DNA from: Betaproteobacteria bacterium
GTDB lineage: Bacteria > Pseudomonadota > Gammaproteobacteria > Burkholderiales > CAIKXV01
NCBI GenBank assembly: GCA_947458835.1
Contig: CANHBC010000001.1
Location: 11,854-75,853 of the forward strand
Direction of reading: 5' to 3'
Length of the DNA: 64,000 nt
Shown here: positions 1 through 16,270 of the stretch, piece by piece
How positions within the stretch are numbered: the first letter of the stretch is position 1
Layout of the letters: each line of letters begins with the position of its first letter
Notes under the pieces: generated by a model
Told to the model about the DNA's origin: nothing
The model's input: the letters and a program-made list of their open reading frames with translations, nothing else
Databases searched by the model: none
Program-made: the position numbers and the translations under genes

Positions 1-1925
1 GCATCGAACAGCGGATGCTGGGGGATCGAGGTCTCGATCATCACCCGCCCGGGCAGGTCGGCGCGGCCGGCCCGGCCGGCGACCTGCGTCAGCAGCGCGA
101 ACAGGCGCTCCGGTGCTCTGAAGTCGCTGCTGTAGAGCGCCTGGTCGCCGTCGACCACCGCGACCAGCGTCAGTCGCGGGAAGTCGTGGCCCTTGGCCAG
201 CATCTGCGTGCCGACCAGCAGGTCGACCTCGCGCCGCTGGATGCGCTGGCGCGCCTGTTCCCACGCGGCGGTACTGCGCACGGTGTCGCGGTCGATGCGC
301 AGCAGCCGCGCGCCGGGCAACAGGCGCGACAGCGTCTCCTCCAGCCGCTCCGTGCCCAACCCGAGCGCGGTCAGGTCGGGATTGCCGCATCCGGGGCAGG
401 TGGTTGGAGGGCGCTCTGCATGGCCGCAGTGGTGGCAGCGCAGCGTGCGCTGCCGCTGGTGCAGCACCAGTCGCGCGCTGCACCGGCTGCAGCCCGCCGC
501 CCAGCCGCAGGCATTGCAACGGAGCACCGGTGAATAGCCGCGCCGGTTGATCAGTACCAGCCCCTGTTCGCCGCGCTCGATCTGGGCCGCCAGCGCGGCC
601 AGCACGGGGGGTGAAGGCTCTGGGCGGTGGGGGGCGATGCGCGGATGGCGCCGCAGGTCGACGATCTCGATCGCCGGCATCGGGCCGGTGGGCCGCTCGT
701 CCAGCCGCAGCAGCCGGTAGCGCCCTGACCGTGCGTTGTGAAGCGTCTCCAGCACCGGCGTCGCGCTGCCCAGCACGACCGGTACGCCCCGCGCGCGGGC
801 GCGCCAGACCAGCACGTCTCGCGCGTGGTATCGCAGGCCCTCCTCCTGCTTGAATGAGCCGTCATGTTCTTCGTCCACGATGGCGAGCCCGAAACGCGGC
901 AATGGCGTGAACGCCGCGAGCCGGGTGCCGACCACCACGTCCGCGCTGCCGTCGGCCGCAGCCAGCCACCGGCGGGCCCGCTCGGCGGCCGGCAACCCGC
1001 TGTGCAGAACGACGATCCGGGCGCCGGGCAGGTCCGCGGCCAGGGCGGCGCCGAGCTGCGGCGTCAGGTTGATCTCCGGCACCAGCAGCAGCACCTGGCG
1101 CTGCCGGGCCAGTGCCAACGCCATCGTGCGCGCGTAGACGGTGGTCTTGCCGCTGCCGGTCACGCCGAACAGCAGGTGCACGCCGAACGCGCCCAGCCCG
1201 GCCGCGAGCGCATCGACTGCCGCCTGCTGCGCGGCGCTGAGCGCAAAGCCGGCGGCGACCGGCCCAATGCCGCCCGTACTGTCCGCATCTGGCACGGCTG
1301 CCGCCGCGTCGGCCGGTTCGATCCAGCCGGCCTCACGGAACCGTCGAAGCAGTGACGCGATCGCCGGATCGCGCCCTGCGGCCGGATGCAGCGCCGACTC
1401 GGCTACCACGGGTGCCGCGGCGAGGCGGTCCAGCAGCGCCTGCTGGCGCGGCGCCGGCCGCGAAGGCGGCGCGGCCTGCCGATCGCGTCCCTCGGCGGTC
1501 AGCGTCCAGGCGACCGGCCGGGCCTCTCGCTGCAAGGCGCCTGCGGGTACCGCCGGAGGCAGGGCGGCGAACAGCGCCGAACCGAACGGATGCTGGTAGT
1601 AGCCGCTGGCGAAGCGGAGGGTCTCGATGACATCCGCAGGAATCGGCGGCAGCGAGCGGTCGACCGGTCCGATCGGTCGTACCTGTGCGTCGGGCACCGC
1701 CGCTGTGGCGCCGAGCCCGGTGATGATGCCCGTGGCCTGGCTGCGCCCGAACGGCACCTTCACACGGCGGCCGATGTCGGCATCGGTCGCGTCGACGTTG
1801 CGGTAGTCGAACAGACGGTCCAGGGGCACGTCGAGGGCGACCTGGACGTAACGATGCCCGGCATCACCGGTCGGCGGTCCAGGTGGGTCCGACCTGTGGA
1901 TAACTTTGTCGATAACTTCCGCCAA
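1..1925 (-). CDS. priA: Primosomal replication-restart helicase PriA (3' end runs off the left edge; start uncertain)
   Basis: My own minus-strand translation; the gene is absent from the ORF track because its stop lies outside the window. It reads VALDVPLDRLFDYR near 1835 and a GVTGSGKT Walker A at 1141-1180. Zinc-finger cysteine pairs (CNAC..CSRC..CHHC..CPGC) lie at about 385-525, and LLTQVAGRAGRADLPGRVMIET lies at about 20-130. The only canonical in-frame start upstream of the conserved N-terminus is TTG at 1925. Confidence 0.85.
   Translation of the reverse strand, partial: MAEVIDKVIHRSDPPGPPTGDAGHRYVQVALDVPLDRLFDYRNVDATDADIGRRVKVPFGRSQATGIITGLGATAAVPDAQVRPIGPVDRSLPPIPADVIETLRFASGYYQHPFGSALFAALPPAVPAGALQREARPVAWTLTAEGRDRQAAPPSRPAPRQQALLDRLAAAPVVAESALHPAAGRDPAIASLLRRFREAGWIEPADAAAAVPDADSTGGIGPVAAGFALSAAQQAAVDALAAGLGAFGVHLLFGVTGSGKTTVYARTMALALARQRQVLLLVPEINLTPQLGAALAADLPGARIVVLHSGLPAAERARRWLAAADGSADVVVGTRLAAFTPLPRFGLAIVDEEHDGSFKQEEGLRYHARDVLVWRARARGVPVVLGSATPVLETLHNARSGRYRLLRLDERPTGPMPAIEIVDLRRHPRIAPHRPEPSPPVLAALAAQIERGEQGLVLINRRGYSPVLRCNACGWAAGCSRCSARLVLHQRQRTLRCHHCGHAERPPTTCPGCGNPDLTALGLGTERLEETLSRLLPGARLLRIDRDTVRSTAAWEQARQRIQRREVDLLVGTQMLAKGHDFPRLTLVAVVDGDQALYSSDFRAPERLFALLTQVAGRAGRADLPGRVMIETSIPQHPLFD
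1895..1915 (-). promoter_or_regulatory. Two same-orientation DnaA-box-like 9-mers (TTATCCACA perfect, TTATCGACA one mismatch)
   Basis: The plus strand reads TGTGGATAA (1895-1903), then CTT, then TGTCGATAA (1907-1915). The reverse complements match the TTATNCACA DnaA-box consensus. AT-rich 9-mers are rare in this GC-rich sequence. Confidence 0.4.
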
Positions 1926-2123
1926 CGCCGTCCGCCGAGGGTGTTCCGCGACGGGATGTTCACCTGCGCCGCGGGTTTGGCACAGAAAGATTCAGTAAAA
2001 CAATGCGTTGCGAAGTACTATTCAGCGCCTGTCGAGAATCTGGCGAAACTGGCCGCTTCCGGCGGGCTGTGCATAATTCACAGCTCGCCGGTTTTGTCCA
2101 GTGCGATCGAGCCCTGTCGACCC

Positions 2124-3203
2124 CTAGCCTGCCTGGTCAGTCGCGTGAAAGCGCCGGCTGCGCTGGTGGACCGCGTCGACCAGGAAACCGACGTTCTCGG
2201 GCGGCGTGAAGCGGGTGATGCCGTGGCCGAGGTTGAACACGTGTCCGGTGCCATGCCCGTAGCTCGCCAGGATCTTCTCCACCTCGTCCTCGATCGTCTC
2301 GCGCTGGGTAAGCATGACCAGCGGGTCCAGGTTGCCCTGGATCGCGACCTTGTCGCCGACGCGGCGGCGGGCCTCGCCGATGTCGATCGTCCAGTCGACG
2401 CCGACCGCATCGGCGCCGATCGCGGCGATCGACTCCAGCCATACGGCGCCGCCCTTGGTGAACACGATCACCGGAACCTTGCGGCCTTCGGCCTCGCGGC
2501 GGATCGAGCCGACGATCTGCTGCAGGTAGCGCAGCGAGAACTCGCGGTAGCGCTCGGCCGACAGCGTGCCGCCCCAGGTATCGAACAGCATCACCGCCTG
2601 GGCTCCGGCTGCGATCTGGGCATCCAGGTAGATGCTGATCGCGCGTGCGTTGGTGTCGAGCAGCCGGTGCATCAGCTTCGGGTCGGTGTACATGAGCTGC
2701 TTGACGCGGGCGAAGTCGTCGCTTCCACCGCCTTCGATCATGTAGCAGGCGAGGGTGAACGGACTGCCTGAGAAGCCGATCAGGGGCACCTTGCCGTCGA
2801 TGCCACGCCGGCACTCCGAGATCGCGTCCATCACGTAGCGCAGGTCGGTGTCCGGGTCGGGCAGCCGCAGCGACTCGATCGACTGCGCATCGCGCAGCGG
2901 ACGCTCGAATCGCGGCCCCTCGCCTTCTGCGAAGTAGAGGCCCAGGCCCATCGCGTCCGGCACGGTCAGGATGTCGGAGAAGACGATCGCCGCATCGAGG
3001 TCGAAGCGGTCGAGCGGCTGCAGCGTCACCTCGGCAGCCATCGATGGCGACTTCATCAGTGCGACGAAGCTGCCAGCGCGTGCACGCGTGCGGTTGTATT
3101 CGGGCAGGTAGCGGCCTGCCTGGCGCATCACCCAGACCGGGGTCTGGTCGACTGGTTCACGCAGCAGTGCACGCAGAAGCCGGTCGTTACGAAGTGGGGA
3201 CAT
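2124..3203 (-). CDS. hemE: Uroporphyrinogen decarboxylase
   Basis: 359 aa. The N-terminus [29 protein letters not shown] is the HemE signature, and the full-length ORF is of typical size. Confidence 0.96.
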   Translation of the reverse strand: MSPLRNDRLLRALLREPVDQTPVWVMRQAGRYLPEYNRTRARAGSFVALMKSPSMAAEVTLQPLDRFDLDAAIVFSDILTVPDAMGLGLYFAEGEGPRFERPLRDAQSIESLRLPDPDTDLRYVMDAISECRRGIDGKVPLIGFSGSPFTLACYMIEGGGSDDFARVKQLMYTDPKLMHRLLDTNARAISIYLDAQIAAGAQAVMLFDTWGGTLSAERYREFSLRYLQQIVGSIRREAEGRKVPVIVFTKGGAVWLESIAAIGADAVGVDWTIDIGEARRRVGDKVAIQGNLDPLVMLTQRETIEDEVEKILASYGHGTGHVFNLGHGITRFTPPENVGFLVDAVHQRSRRFHATDQAG

Positions 3204-3281
3204 GCGGGATTCCTGTCGTCTCCGGACGGGCGGGCGCCGGTCCGGGCGATGCCGAGTATAGGAGACTTCCCGCCCGCGCGA

Positions 3282-4766
<1,485 letters not shown>

Positions 4767-4856
4767 TGTCGTCCTTGCTGTTCAGGTGGTGCGCGGGGCC
4801 GAGCGCGTCGGTCCGCCCGCGTCAGTGCAAAGCGTGCCTGCCGGTCGCTGCAGGGG

Positions 4857-9578
<4,722 letters not shown>

Positions 9579-9652
9579 GGCCGACCTCGGGGCAGGAAGG
9601 GGACGCGCGACGCGGGCGGCACGTGCCGTCCTGCGGGTACGTCCAGAGGCGA

Positions 9653-9678
9653 CGAAAGCCGCGGTGTCGCGGCTTTCG
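9653..9678 (-). other. Perfect 11-bp stem hairpin (CGAAAGCCGCG-4 nt loop-CGCGGCTTTCG) in the dgt-gltB spacer / putative gltB 5' UTR
   Basis: Inverted repeat read directly from the sequence. No clear U-tract follows on either strand. Confidence 0.4.
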
Positions 9679-9742
9679 GAAGGTCTACCGGGCGTTTGTC
9701 GCAACCACTTGGGCGCGTACGGTCTATCCGGTCGAACTGCGG

Positions 9743-9771
9743 ATTGTAACTGCCCATTTGCGTTGCAGCAA
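9743..9771 (-). promoter_or_regulatory. Sigma70-like promoter candidate for gltBD (TTGCTG-N17-TACAAT)
   Basis: On the minus strand the -35 is at 9771-9766 and the -10 at 9748-9743, with 17-nt spacing. It sits about 165 nt upstream of the gltB ATG. Confidence 0.35.
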
Positions 9772-9811
9772 TCCGGGCGCAGTTTGTGCGGGATCGGCCG
9801 TTTCCGCCGAG

Positions 9812-10948
9812 TCAGTGTTCGTCGACGCTGAACAGGCGCCGGTGTTCCCGGATCGCATAGCGGTCGGTCATGCCGGCGATGTAGTCGGCGATCGCGCGAG
9901 GCGCGGCCGTCTCCGCTCGTGCCTGGTCCTGCGGCGGCAGCAGGCGGTGGTCAGCGATGAAGGCCGAGAACAGTTCGGCCAGGATGCGCTGCGACTTGCC
10001 GCTCATCCGGACCACCCGGTAATGGCGGTACAGTGCGTGGCGCAGGAACTGCTTGAGCTCGACCTGCTCGGCGGCCACGGCGGGACTGAAGCCGATCATC
10101 GGCGGGCTGCGGCGCACGGCATCGATCGAGTCGGGCGCATGCAGCGCGATCAGCCGTCGGCTCTCGGTTGTCAGGTCGACGACGAGCGTGTTGATCATCC
10201 GGCGGATGGTCTCGTGGATCAGGCGGCGTCCGGCCAGGCCTGGATGGCGTTCGCGGACCTGCGCGACATGGCGCGCGAAGATCGCCACGTCCTCGAGCTG
10301 CTCCAGCGTGATCAGTCCGGAGCGCAGTCCGTCGTCAACGTCGTGGTTGTTATAGGCCAGTTCGTCGGCGACGTTGGCGAGCTGTGCCTCGAGCGATGGC
10401 TGCTCGCCGCGCAGGAAACGTTCGCCGATCGGACCGAGCTGCTCGGCGTTGCGCCGTGAGCAGTGCTTCAGGATTCCCTCTCGGGTCTCGAACGTGAGGT
10501 TCAGTCCGTCGAAGTCGGCGTAGCGTTCCTCCAGGAGGTCGACCACCCGCAGCGACTGCAGGTTGTGTTCGAAGCCGCCATGTTCGCGCATGCACGCGTT
10601 CAGGGCGTCCTGCCCGGCGTGGCCGAACGGCGTGTGCCCGAGGTCGTGCGCGAGCGAGATGGCCTCGGTCAACCCCTCGTTCAGGCCGAGGTTGCGTGCG
10701 ATCGATCGGGCGATCTGCGCGACTTCCAGGCTGTGCGTGAGCCGCGTGCGGAACAGGTCGCCCTCGTGGTTCACGAATACCTGAGTCTTGTACTCCAGCC
10801 GCCGGAAGGCGGTGGAATGGATGATCCGGTCGCGGTCGCGCTGGAACTCGTCGCGGCCGGCCGGCGGCTGCTCGGCATGGATGCGGCCGCGCGAGGTCTC
10901 GGTGCAGGCCGCGTAGGGCGCGAGCCCTGACGGACGGGGATCAGCCAT
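9812..10948 (-). CDS. dgt: dGTP triphosphohydrolase-like HD-domain protein
   Basis: 378 aa with HD-domain motifs ([26 protein letters not shown]). It overlaps the aroB stop by 8 nt. Confidence 0.85.
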   Translation of the reverse strand: MADPRPSGLAPYAACTETSRGRIHAEQPPAGRDEFQRDRDRIIHSTAFRRLEYKTQVFVNHEGDLFRTRLTHSLEVAQIARSIARNLGLNEGLTEAISLAHDLGHTPFGHAGQDALNACMREHGGFEHNLQSLRVVDLLEERYADFDGLNLTFETREGILKHCSRRNAEQLGPIGERFLRGEQPSLEAQLANVADELAYNNHDVDDGLRSGLITLEQLEDVAIFARHVAQVRERHPGLAGRRLIHETIRRMINTLVVDLTTESRRLIALHAPDSIDAVRRSPPMIGFSPAVAAEQVELKQFLRHALYRHYRVVRMSGKSQRILAELFSAFIADHRLLPPQDQARAETAAPRAIADYIAGMTDRYAIREHRRLFSVDEH

Positions 10949-12071
10949 GTCCGGCCGCCAGGGCCAGCGTAGCCTGCAGCGCCGCGGGATCGTAGTCGCC
11001 GGTGGTGACCGCGCGGCCCAGCCCCTGCATCAGCACCAGCCGGATACGCCCGCCGCGTACCTTCTTGTCGTGGCCCATCAGGTCGATCCAGCGCTCGATC
11101 GGCATCGCCGGCGGGTCGACCGGCAGCCTTGCCAGGGCGAACAGCCGGCGTACCCTGCCGACATCGGATTCATCCAGCCAGCCCAGCCGTGCCGACAGTT
11201 CGGCCGCCAGCACTGTGCCGGCGGCCACCGCCTCGCCATGCAGCCAGCTGCCGTAGCCCACGCCGGTCTCGATCGCGTGGCCGAAGGTGTGGCCGAGGTT
11301 GAGCGTCTCGCGCAGGCCGGCCTCGCGTTCGTCGGCGGCCACCACCTCGGCCTTGTGCTCGCAGGACCGGCGCACCGCGTGCGCCAGTGCCGCGGGATCG
11401 CGCGCCAGCAGCCGCGGAAGGTTCGGCTCGAGCCAGTCGAGGAAGGCGGTGTCGCGGATCAGCCCGTACTTGATCACCTCGGCGAGTCCGGCGGAGAGTT
11501 CCCGGTCGGGCAGGGTGTCGAGCAGCGCGGTGTCTGCGAGCACCAGCATCGGCTGGTGGAACGCGCCGATCATGTTCTTGCCCTGCGGGTGGTTGATTGC
11601 GGTCTTGCCGCCCACCGACGAGTCGACCTGCGCCAGCAGCGTGGTCGGGATCTGCACGAACGGTACGCCGCGCTGCCAGGTGGCCGCGGCGAAGCCCGCC
11701 ATGTCGCCGATCACGCCGCCGCCGAGCGCGATGATCGGCGTGCGCCGGTCGCAGCGCTGCTCGATCAGGTGGTCGAACACGGTGTTCAGTACCTGCCAGT
11801 TCTTGTGCTGCTCGCCATCGGGCAGCACGACCGGAACCGCCTCGACGCCTGCGGCGGCCAGCGCGGCGGCTACCGGCTCCAGGTAAAGGGCACCGACCAC
11901 CTCGCTGGTGACGAGTGCCGCGCGGCCGGGCTTCAGGTGTGCAGCGATGCGAGCGGGATCGGTCGCCACCCCGCGGCCGATGACGATCGGGTAGCTGCGG
12001 TCTTCGAGCGCGACCTGGACGGTCTCGACCGGGGCGTGTGCGGCCGCATTGGAGGCGGGTGCTGCGTTCAT
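10941..12071 (-). CDS. aroB: 3-dehydroquinate synthase
   Basis: Trimmed from the fused ORF 10941-12683 to the ATG at 12071 (MNAAPAS...). AroB motifs are [15 protein letters not shown] and GHTFGHAIE. An ATGA overlap links it to aroK. Confidence 0.93.
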   Translation of the reverse strand: MNAAPASNAAAHAPVETVQVALEDRSYPIVIGRGVATDPARIAAHLKPGRAALVTSEVVGALYLEPVAAALAAAGVEAVPVVLPDGEQHKNWQVLNTVFDHLIEQRCDRRTPIIALGGGVIGDMAGFAAATWQRGVPFVQIPTTLLAQVDSSVGGKTAINHPQGKNMIGAFHQPMLVLADTALLDTLPDRELSAGLAEVIKYGLIRDTAFLDWLEPNLPRLLARDPAALAHAVRRSCEHKAEVVAADEREAGLRETLNLGHTFGHAIETGVGYGSWLHGEAVAAGTVLAAELSARLGWLDESDVGRVRRLFALARLPVDPPAMPIERWIDLMGHDKKVRGGRIRLVLMQGLGRAVTTGDYDPAALQATLALAAGHG

Positions 12072-12667
12072 CGGGTCTCCGGGACGGGGGCTTCGTCGGC
12101 ATGTGCCGGCGCCGTGGTCGATCCGACCTCCTCGGGCGGTTGCCCGGAGAGCTGTTCGACCAGCCGGGTGACCATCGTCTTCACGCTCTCGTGCGTGCTT
12201 TCGACGGTCAGGTGTGCGGTTTCCGCGTACAGCGGGTCGCGGGCAGTCAGCAGTTCGGTGATCCGCTGCTGCGGATCGCTGGTGGCGAGCAGCGGCCGGT
12301 TGCGGTCGCGGCGGGTGCGGTGCCAGATCTCCGTGGCCGAGGCCTTCAGGTATACGACCCGGCCACGCTCGTGCAGCCGGCGCCGGCTCTCCTCCGCCAG
12401 CACGGCGCCGCCGCCGGTCGCCAGGACGATGTCCGGCAGCCGCGTCAGTTCGTCGATCACCTGCCGCTCGCGTGCCCGGAAGCCGGCCTCGCCCTCGATC
12501 TCGAAGATCACCGGTATGGAGACGCCGCAGCGGGCTTCGATCTCCTGGTCGGCGTCGACGAAGCGCTTGCCCAGGCGTTGTGCGAGCAGCCGGCCGACGG
12601 AGGTCTTGCCTGCGCCCATCATGCCGACCAGGAACACGCTGCCCTCGACCGTGCAGGTCGGCGGCAT
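12068..12667 (-). CDS. aroK: Shikimate kinase
   Basis: It has the Walker [17 protein letters not shown] prefer the ATG at 12667 ([15 protein letters not shown]...). The track start at 12751 would add a 28-aa extension not typical of AroK. Confidence 0.9.
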   Translation of the reverse strand: MPPTCTVEGSVFLVGMMGAGKTSVGRLLAQRLGKRFVDADQEIEARCGVSIPVIFEIEGEAGFRARERQVIDELTRLPDIVLATGGGAVLAEESRRRLHERGRVVYLKASATEIWHRTRRDRNRPLLATSDPQQRITELLTARDPLYAETAHLTVESTHESVKTMVTRLVEQLSGQPPEEVGSTTAPAHADEAPVPETR

Positions 12668-12869
12668 GCAGCCCGCACAGCACTCGTCGTCCGCGGTGAC
12701 TGCCACCGGGGCGGGGCGCGACAGGTCGGTGCAGGGCTCTTCAGCTTCCATCCATCGATTGTAGCGCGCGCCGCCGGGAGGCCCCGTGCCGGCGGCCGCG
12801 CCGCCCGGCCGTGCAAGCGCAACGGGCGTGCCATGCGCGCCCGTTGGCCCGCAGGAACGTCGATGCAGG

Positions 12870-15047
12870 CTACCGGAGCGACAGCCGGTCGTTCAGCACG
12901 CGTGGGGTGACGAAGATCAGCAGTTCGCGCTTGTCATCGACGATCGAGCGGTCGCGGAACAGGAACCCCACGAACGGTATGTCGCCGAGCACCGGCACCT
13001 TGTTGACCGTCTGCCGCGAGTCCTGGGTGTAGATGCCGCCGATCACCACGGTGCCGCCGTTCTCGACCAGCACCTGCGTGCTGATCTGGCGGGTGTTGAT
13101 CGCCGGGCCCGACTGCGTGTTCTGGCCGACGCTGTCGTTGTTCACGTTGAGCGACATGATCACGTTGCCGTCCGGCGTGATCTGCGGCCGCACCTTCAGC
13201 GACAGCGTCGCCTTCTTGAACGAGATCGCGGTCGCGCCGCTGGCGGTGGCCTGCTGGAACGGAATCTCCGTGCCCTGCTCGATGGTCGCCTCTATCTGGT
13301 CGGCGGTGATCACGCGCGGACTGGAGACGATCCGGCCACGCCCCTCCGCCTGGAGCGCCTGCACCTCGAGGTTGAGGAAGCGCGACAGGCTGTCGTTGAA
13401 CACCACCACCGAAAACGCGCCGGGGCGCGCGCCGCCGATCGTCTGCGCCGGCAGGTTCACGCCGAGGCTCTGGGCCAGCGTCGGGATAGGGGTGGCGATC
13501 TGGCTGGTCAGGAAGCCGGTCGACTCGAGGTTGCCGCCGAGCGTCAGGCGGGTCGAGTTGGCCAGAGAGTCGCCGACCCGCCGGTCCATCACTCCGAGCC
13601 GGGCGCCGAGGTTGCGCGAGAAGGTATCCGCGGCCTCGACCACGCGCGCCTCGATCATGACCTGGCGCACTGGCACGTCGATCTGCCGCACCAGTCGGCG
13701 CATCTCGTCGAGCTTGCTCGGGGTGTCCTGGATGAACAGGGTGTTGGTCCGGGGGTCGATCACCGCGCTGCCGCGGCGCGACAGCACGCGCTGCTGAGGG
13801 TCGGTGAGGATCTTCTGGAAGGCATCGGCCCTGGCGTAGTTCAGCTGGAACGTTTCGGTGCGTACCTGTTCGAGGTCTGCGAGCTGCTGCCGCGATTCGG
13901 CCTCCAGCTTGTCGCGGGTGGCGAGTTCATCGCGCGGCGCGATCCACATCACGTTGCCGGTCTTGCGCATGTCCAGGCCCTTGGCCTGGAGGATGATGTC
14001 CATCGCCTGGTCCCACGGCACGTCCTTCAGCCGGAGCGTGAGGTTGCCGCTCACCGTGTCGCTGGTGATGATGTTCAGGCCGGTGAAGTCGGCGAGTACC
14101 TGCAGTACGGCGCGCACCTCCACGTTCTGGAAGTTCAGGGACAGCTTGTCGCCGGTGTAGCGGCGCTGCCCGCCGCCGAGTCGCGTCGGGTCCTCGACCA
14201 CCGGCTTCACCTCCAGGATGAAGCGGTTGTCGGCCTGGTAGGCGGACTGCTCCCACTGGCCGCGCGGCTGTATCTCGAGCCGGACCGTGTCGCCCGACTG
14301 CTGTGCGTTGATGAACTGCACCGGTGTCGAGAAGTCGGTCACGTCGAGCCGGCGCTGGAGGTGCTGCGGCATCTGGGTACGCTGGAACTCGACCACGATG
14401 TTGCGGCCCTGCTGGCGTACGTCGATGCCGGTGTTGTTGTCGGCGAGGTCGATCACGACGTTGCCGGCGCCCTCGCTCGTGCGGCGGAAATCGATGTTCA
14501 GGATGCGATGCTGACGACCGCCACTGGTGTCCTCGGCAAAGCGCGTCGGTGCCGGCGCAACGCCCGCGGCGATGCCGCCAGCGCCCTGCAGTGCGACGAC
14601 GATCGTGTTGCCCTCGACGCGTGCCTCGTACGGGACCGTGCGGGTCATGTTCAGCACCAGCCGCGTGCGATCGCCGACCTGCACCAGGTTCAGGCTGCGC
14701 AGGTCGCCCTGCGATACATCCTGGGCGTTGCGGCCGGTGGCATTGGCCGTGTTCGGGAAGTCGAAGGACAGGCGGGACGGGTTGGTGATCTGGAAGCCGT
14801 TCGGAGCTGCCCGGGGCGGTTCCTTCAGGGTGATGCGCACGAGCACGTTGCCGCCCTGCGCGACGGCCGCGGTCACCGACTGGATCGCGTTGCTAGCCTG
14901 TTCCCCCGGGGCGACCTGGGCCAGCGCCGTGCCGGCGATGGCCAGGGCGAGCAGTGCGGACAGCATCACCCGGGCGGCATTCCAGCCGCGCACCGGGCCG
15001 ACTGACAGCGTCCGGGTCGCCTCGCGTTGCGGGATGGTGCGCTTCAT
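12870..15047 (-). CDS. pilQ: Type IV pilus secretin PilQ
   Basis: It has N-terminal AMIN-like repeats and a C-terminal secretin domain (...VPVLGDIPFVGFLFR). It is trimmed to MKRTIPQ at 15047 and has a 4-nt overlap with the pilP stop. Confidence 0.93.
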   Translation of the reverse strand: MKRTIPQREATRTLSVGPVRGWNAARVMLSALLALAIAGTALAQVAPGEQASNAIQSVTAAVAQGGNVLVRITLKEPPRAAPNGFQITNPSRLSFDFPNTANATGRNAQDVSQGDLRSLNLVQVGDRTRLVLNMTRTVPYEARVEGNTIVVALQGAGGIAAGVAPAPTRFAEDTSGGRQHRILNIDFRRTSEGAGNVVIDLADNNTGIDVRQQGRNIVVEFQRTQMPQHLQRRLDVTDFSTPVQFINAQQSGDTVRLEIQPRGQWEQSAYQADNRFILEVKPVVEDPTRLGGGQRRYTGDKLSLNFQNVEVRAVLQVLADFTGLNIITSDTVSGNLTLRLKDVPWDQAMDIILQAKGLDMRKTGNVMWIAPRDELATRDKLEAESRQQLADLEQVRTETFQLNYARADAFQKILTDPQQRVLSRRGSAVIDPRTNTLFIQDTPSKLDEMRRLVRQIDVPVRQVMIEARVVEAADTFSRNLGARLGVMDRRVGDSLANSTRLTLGGNLESTGFLTSQIATPIPTLAQSLGVNLPAQTIGGARPGAFSVVVFNDSLSRFLNLEVQALQAEGRGRIVSSPRVITADQIEATIEQGTEIPFQQATASGATAISFKKATLSLKVRPQITPDGNVIMSLNVNNDSVGQNTQSGPAINTRQISTQVLVENGGTVVIGGIYTQDSRQTVNKVPVLGDIPFVGFLFRDRSIVDDKRELLIFVTPRVLNDRLSLR

Positions 15048-15592
15048 CGTCTTGCCTCCGTTTCGTCTTGCAGGAACAGCGAGGTGATCCGTTCGGTCCA
15101 CTCGCCGGCACCGTCTTGCACGAGTTCCTTCAGCTTCAGCCCGGTCTCATCCACCTCGATGACCAGGCCGAAGTTCTGTCCGATGTAGTTGTTCCGCCGC
15201 ACCCGGAACAGGTTGCTGTCCGGGGTGCGGATCAGCGCGAACAGGTTCTTGCCCTGCTGCAGCGAGCCGACCATCTTGAGGTTGTCCAGCGGGAATGCCT
15301 CCAGCGGTTCGCGCCGGCGGTTCAGGTCGGGCTGCAGCGATCCCTTGGCCGCCTTCGCCGGTTCGATCTTGCGCGGGCGGAACGGATCCTCCAGCTCGGC
15401 CTGGTTGTAGACGAACGGCTCGTAAGCGTCGACCTTGGGCAGTGGATCGATGCGCGCGCGGGTGACCGCGCTGCTCTCGGCGTCGTTCACGAACTGCCTG
15501 AGGTCCTGGAGCTGGTCGGAGCCGCAGCCGACCATTGCAAGGCCGAGTGCGAGCGGGACCAGCCGGCGGAAGGTTCTGCGCAGGGCGTTCAT
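15044..15592 (-). CDS. pilP: Type IV pilus assembly lipoprotein PilP
   Basis: 182 aa with a lipobox LAMVGC. Its position between pilO and pilQ fits, and the ATG at 15592 was verified in frame. Confidence 0.85.
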   Translation of the reverse strand: MNALRRTFRRLVPLALGLAMVGCGSDQLQDLRQFVNDAESSAVTRARIDPLPKVDAYEPFVYNQAELEDPFRPRKIEPAKAAKGSLQPDLNRRREPLEAFPLDNLKMVGSLQQGKNLFALIRTPDSNLFRVRRNNYIGQNFGLVIEVDETGLKLKELVQDGAGEWTERITSLFLQDETEARR

Positions 15593-16218
15593 TTCTTCTT
15601 CGTGGCGGCCTGGGCCGCCTTGCGTTGTTTCGCGACTTCTTCCTCGTCGAGGTAGCGGAACGTCTTCGCCACCGCGTCCATGGTGAGCATGCCATCGCGT
15701 CCGGTCGAGACCGTCACGTCGTTGAGCGTCACGATGCGCGGCAGCTGTGCGATGTCGCTGGCGAACGAGCCGAGCTCGTGGTAGCTGCCCGTCACGCGGA
15801 GGGTGATCGGCAGTTCCGCGTAGAACTCGGAGATGGTCTCCTGGGCGGCGGGCTTGAACAGTTCGAACTGCAGGCCGCGGCCGAGTCCCGCCTGGTTGAT
15901 GTCGGTGAGCAGTGCGTCCATCTCCGAGCGGTTGGGCAGCTGGCGCAGCAGCGCGCCGAACGCCTGCTCGATGTCCTCCAGCTGCTTCTGGTAAGCGGGC
16001 AGGTTGATCGCCTGCCGCTTCTTGTCGATGAAGGTGGTGCGCAGCGTGGCCTCGCGCTCGTGCAGCGTGCTGGCCTCGGTCAGCTGGTTGCGCCAGTCGA
16101 ACCAGTAGCCCAGGAAGACCACCAGCACCAGGATCAGTATCAGGGTCACGAACTGGACCGCGATCGGCCACGACCCGATGTGCTTCGGGTCCAGTCGTCT
16201 GAGTTCGTCGAGTGTCAT
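15589..16218 (-). CDS. pilO: Type IV pilus assembly protein PilO
   Basis: Trimmed to MTLDELRRLDPKHIGSWP at 16218. It has a single TM segment plus a coiled coil, and it sits in the conserved pilMNOPQ order. Confidence 0.85.
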   Translation of the reverse strand: MTLDELRRLDPKHIGSWPIAVQFVTLILILVLVVFLGYWFDWRNQLTEASTLHEREATLRTTFIDKKRQAINLPAYQKQLEDIEQAFGALLRQLPNRSEMDALLTDINQAGLGRGLQFELFKPAAQETISEFYAELPITLRVTGSYHELGSFASDIAQLPRIVTLNDVTVSTGRDGMLTMDAVAKTFRYLDEEEVAKQRKAAQAATKKK

Positions 16219-16270
16219 GGCGTCTGGAGGGACTTGCTGTTGGGTGTGCGGTCGGGAGGTGGCGTGCCGT

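Noticed and set aside
9579-9704. N-terminal extensions implied by the longest-ORF track, for example gltB from 9704, pilQ from 15101, hemB from 23133, ilvD from 61129, dusB from 38600 and cytochrome c4 from 24033
   Set aside because: The extensions are Arg/Pro-rich and precede positions where the conserved N-termini or signal peptides of the families begin. Internal starts have SD sequences or stop/start overlaps with the upstream gene.
9812-10948. The dGTPase-like gene as an inserted anti-phage (dNTP-depletion) defence gene
   Set aside because: It overlaps aroB by 8 nt, shares the local codon bias, and has no neighbouring defence or mobility genes. To my knowledge an aroK-aroB-dgt arrangement is common in beta-proteobacteria. 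It looks like a housekeeping gene.
10941-12683. A 580-aa fused ORF spanning aroB and aroK, and similar fusions at 15044-16171, 26212-27459 and 53136-55118
   Set aside because: The upstream halves are out-of-frame read-through of the neighbouring gene with no motifs. The real genes start at internal ATG or GTG codons that overlap the preceding stop codon.
12668-12751. A Cys-rich N-terminal extension of shikimate kinase ([13 protein letters not shown]) as a possible metal-binding domain
   Set aside because: The extension exists only if the far-upstream ATG is used. The ATG at 12667 gives a standard AroK N-terminus 14 residues before the P-loop, and I know of no homologue with such an extension.
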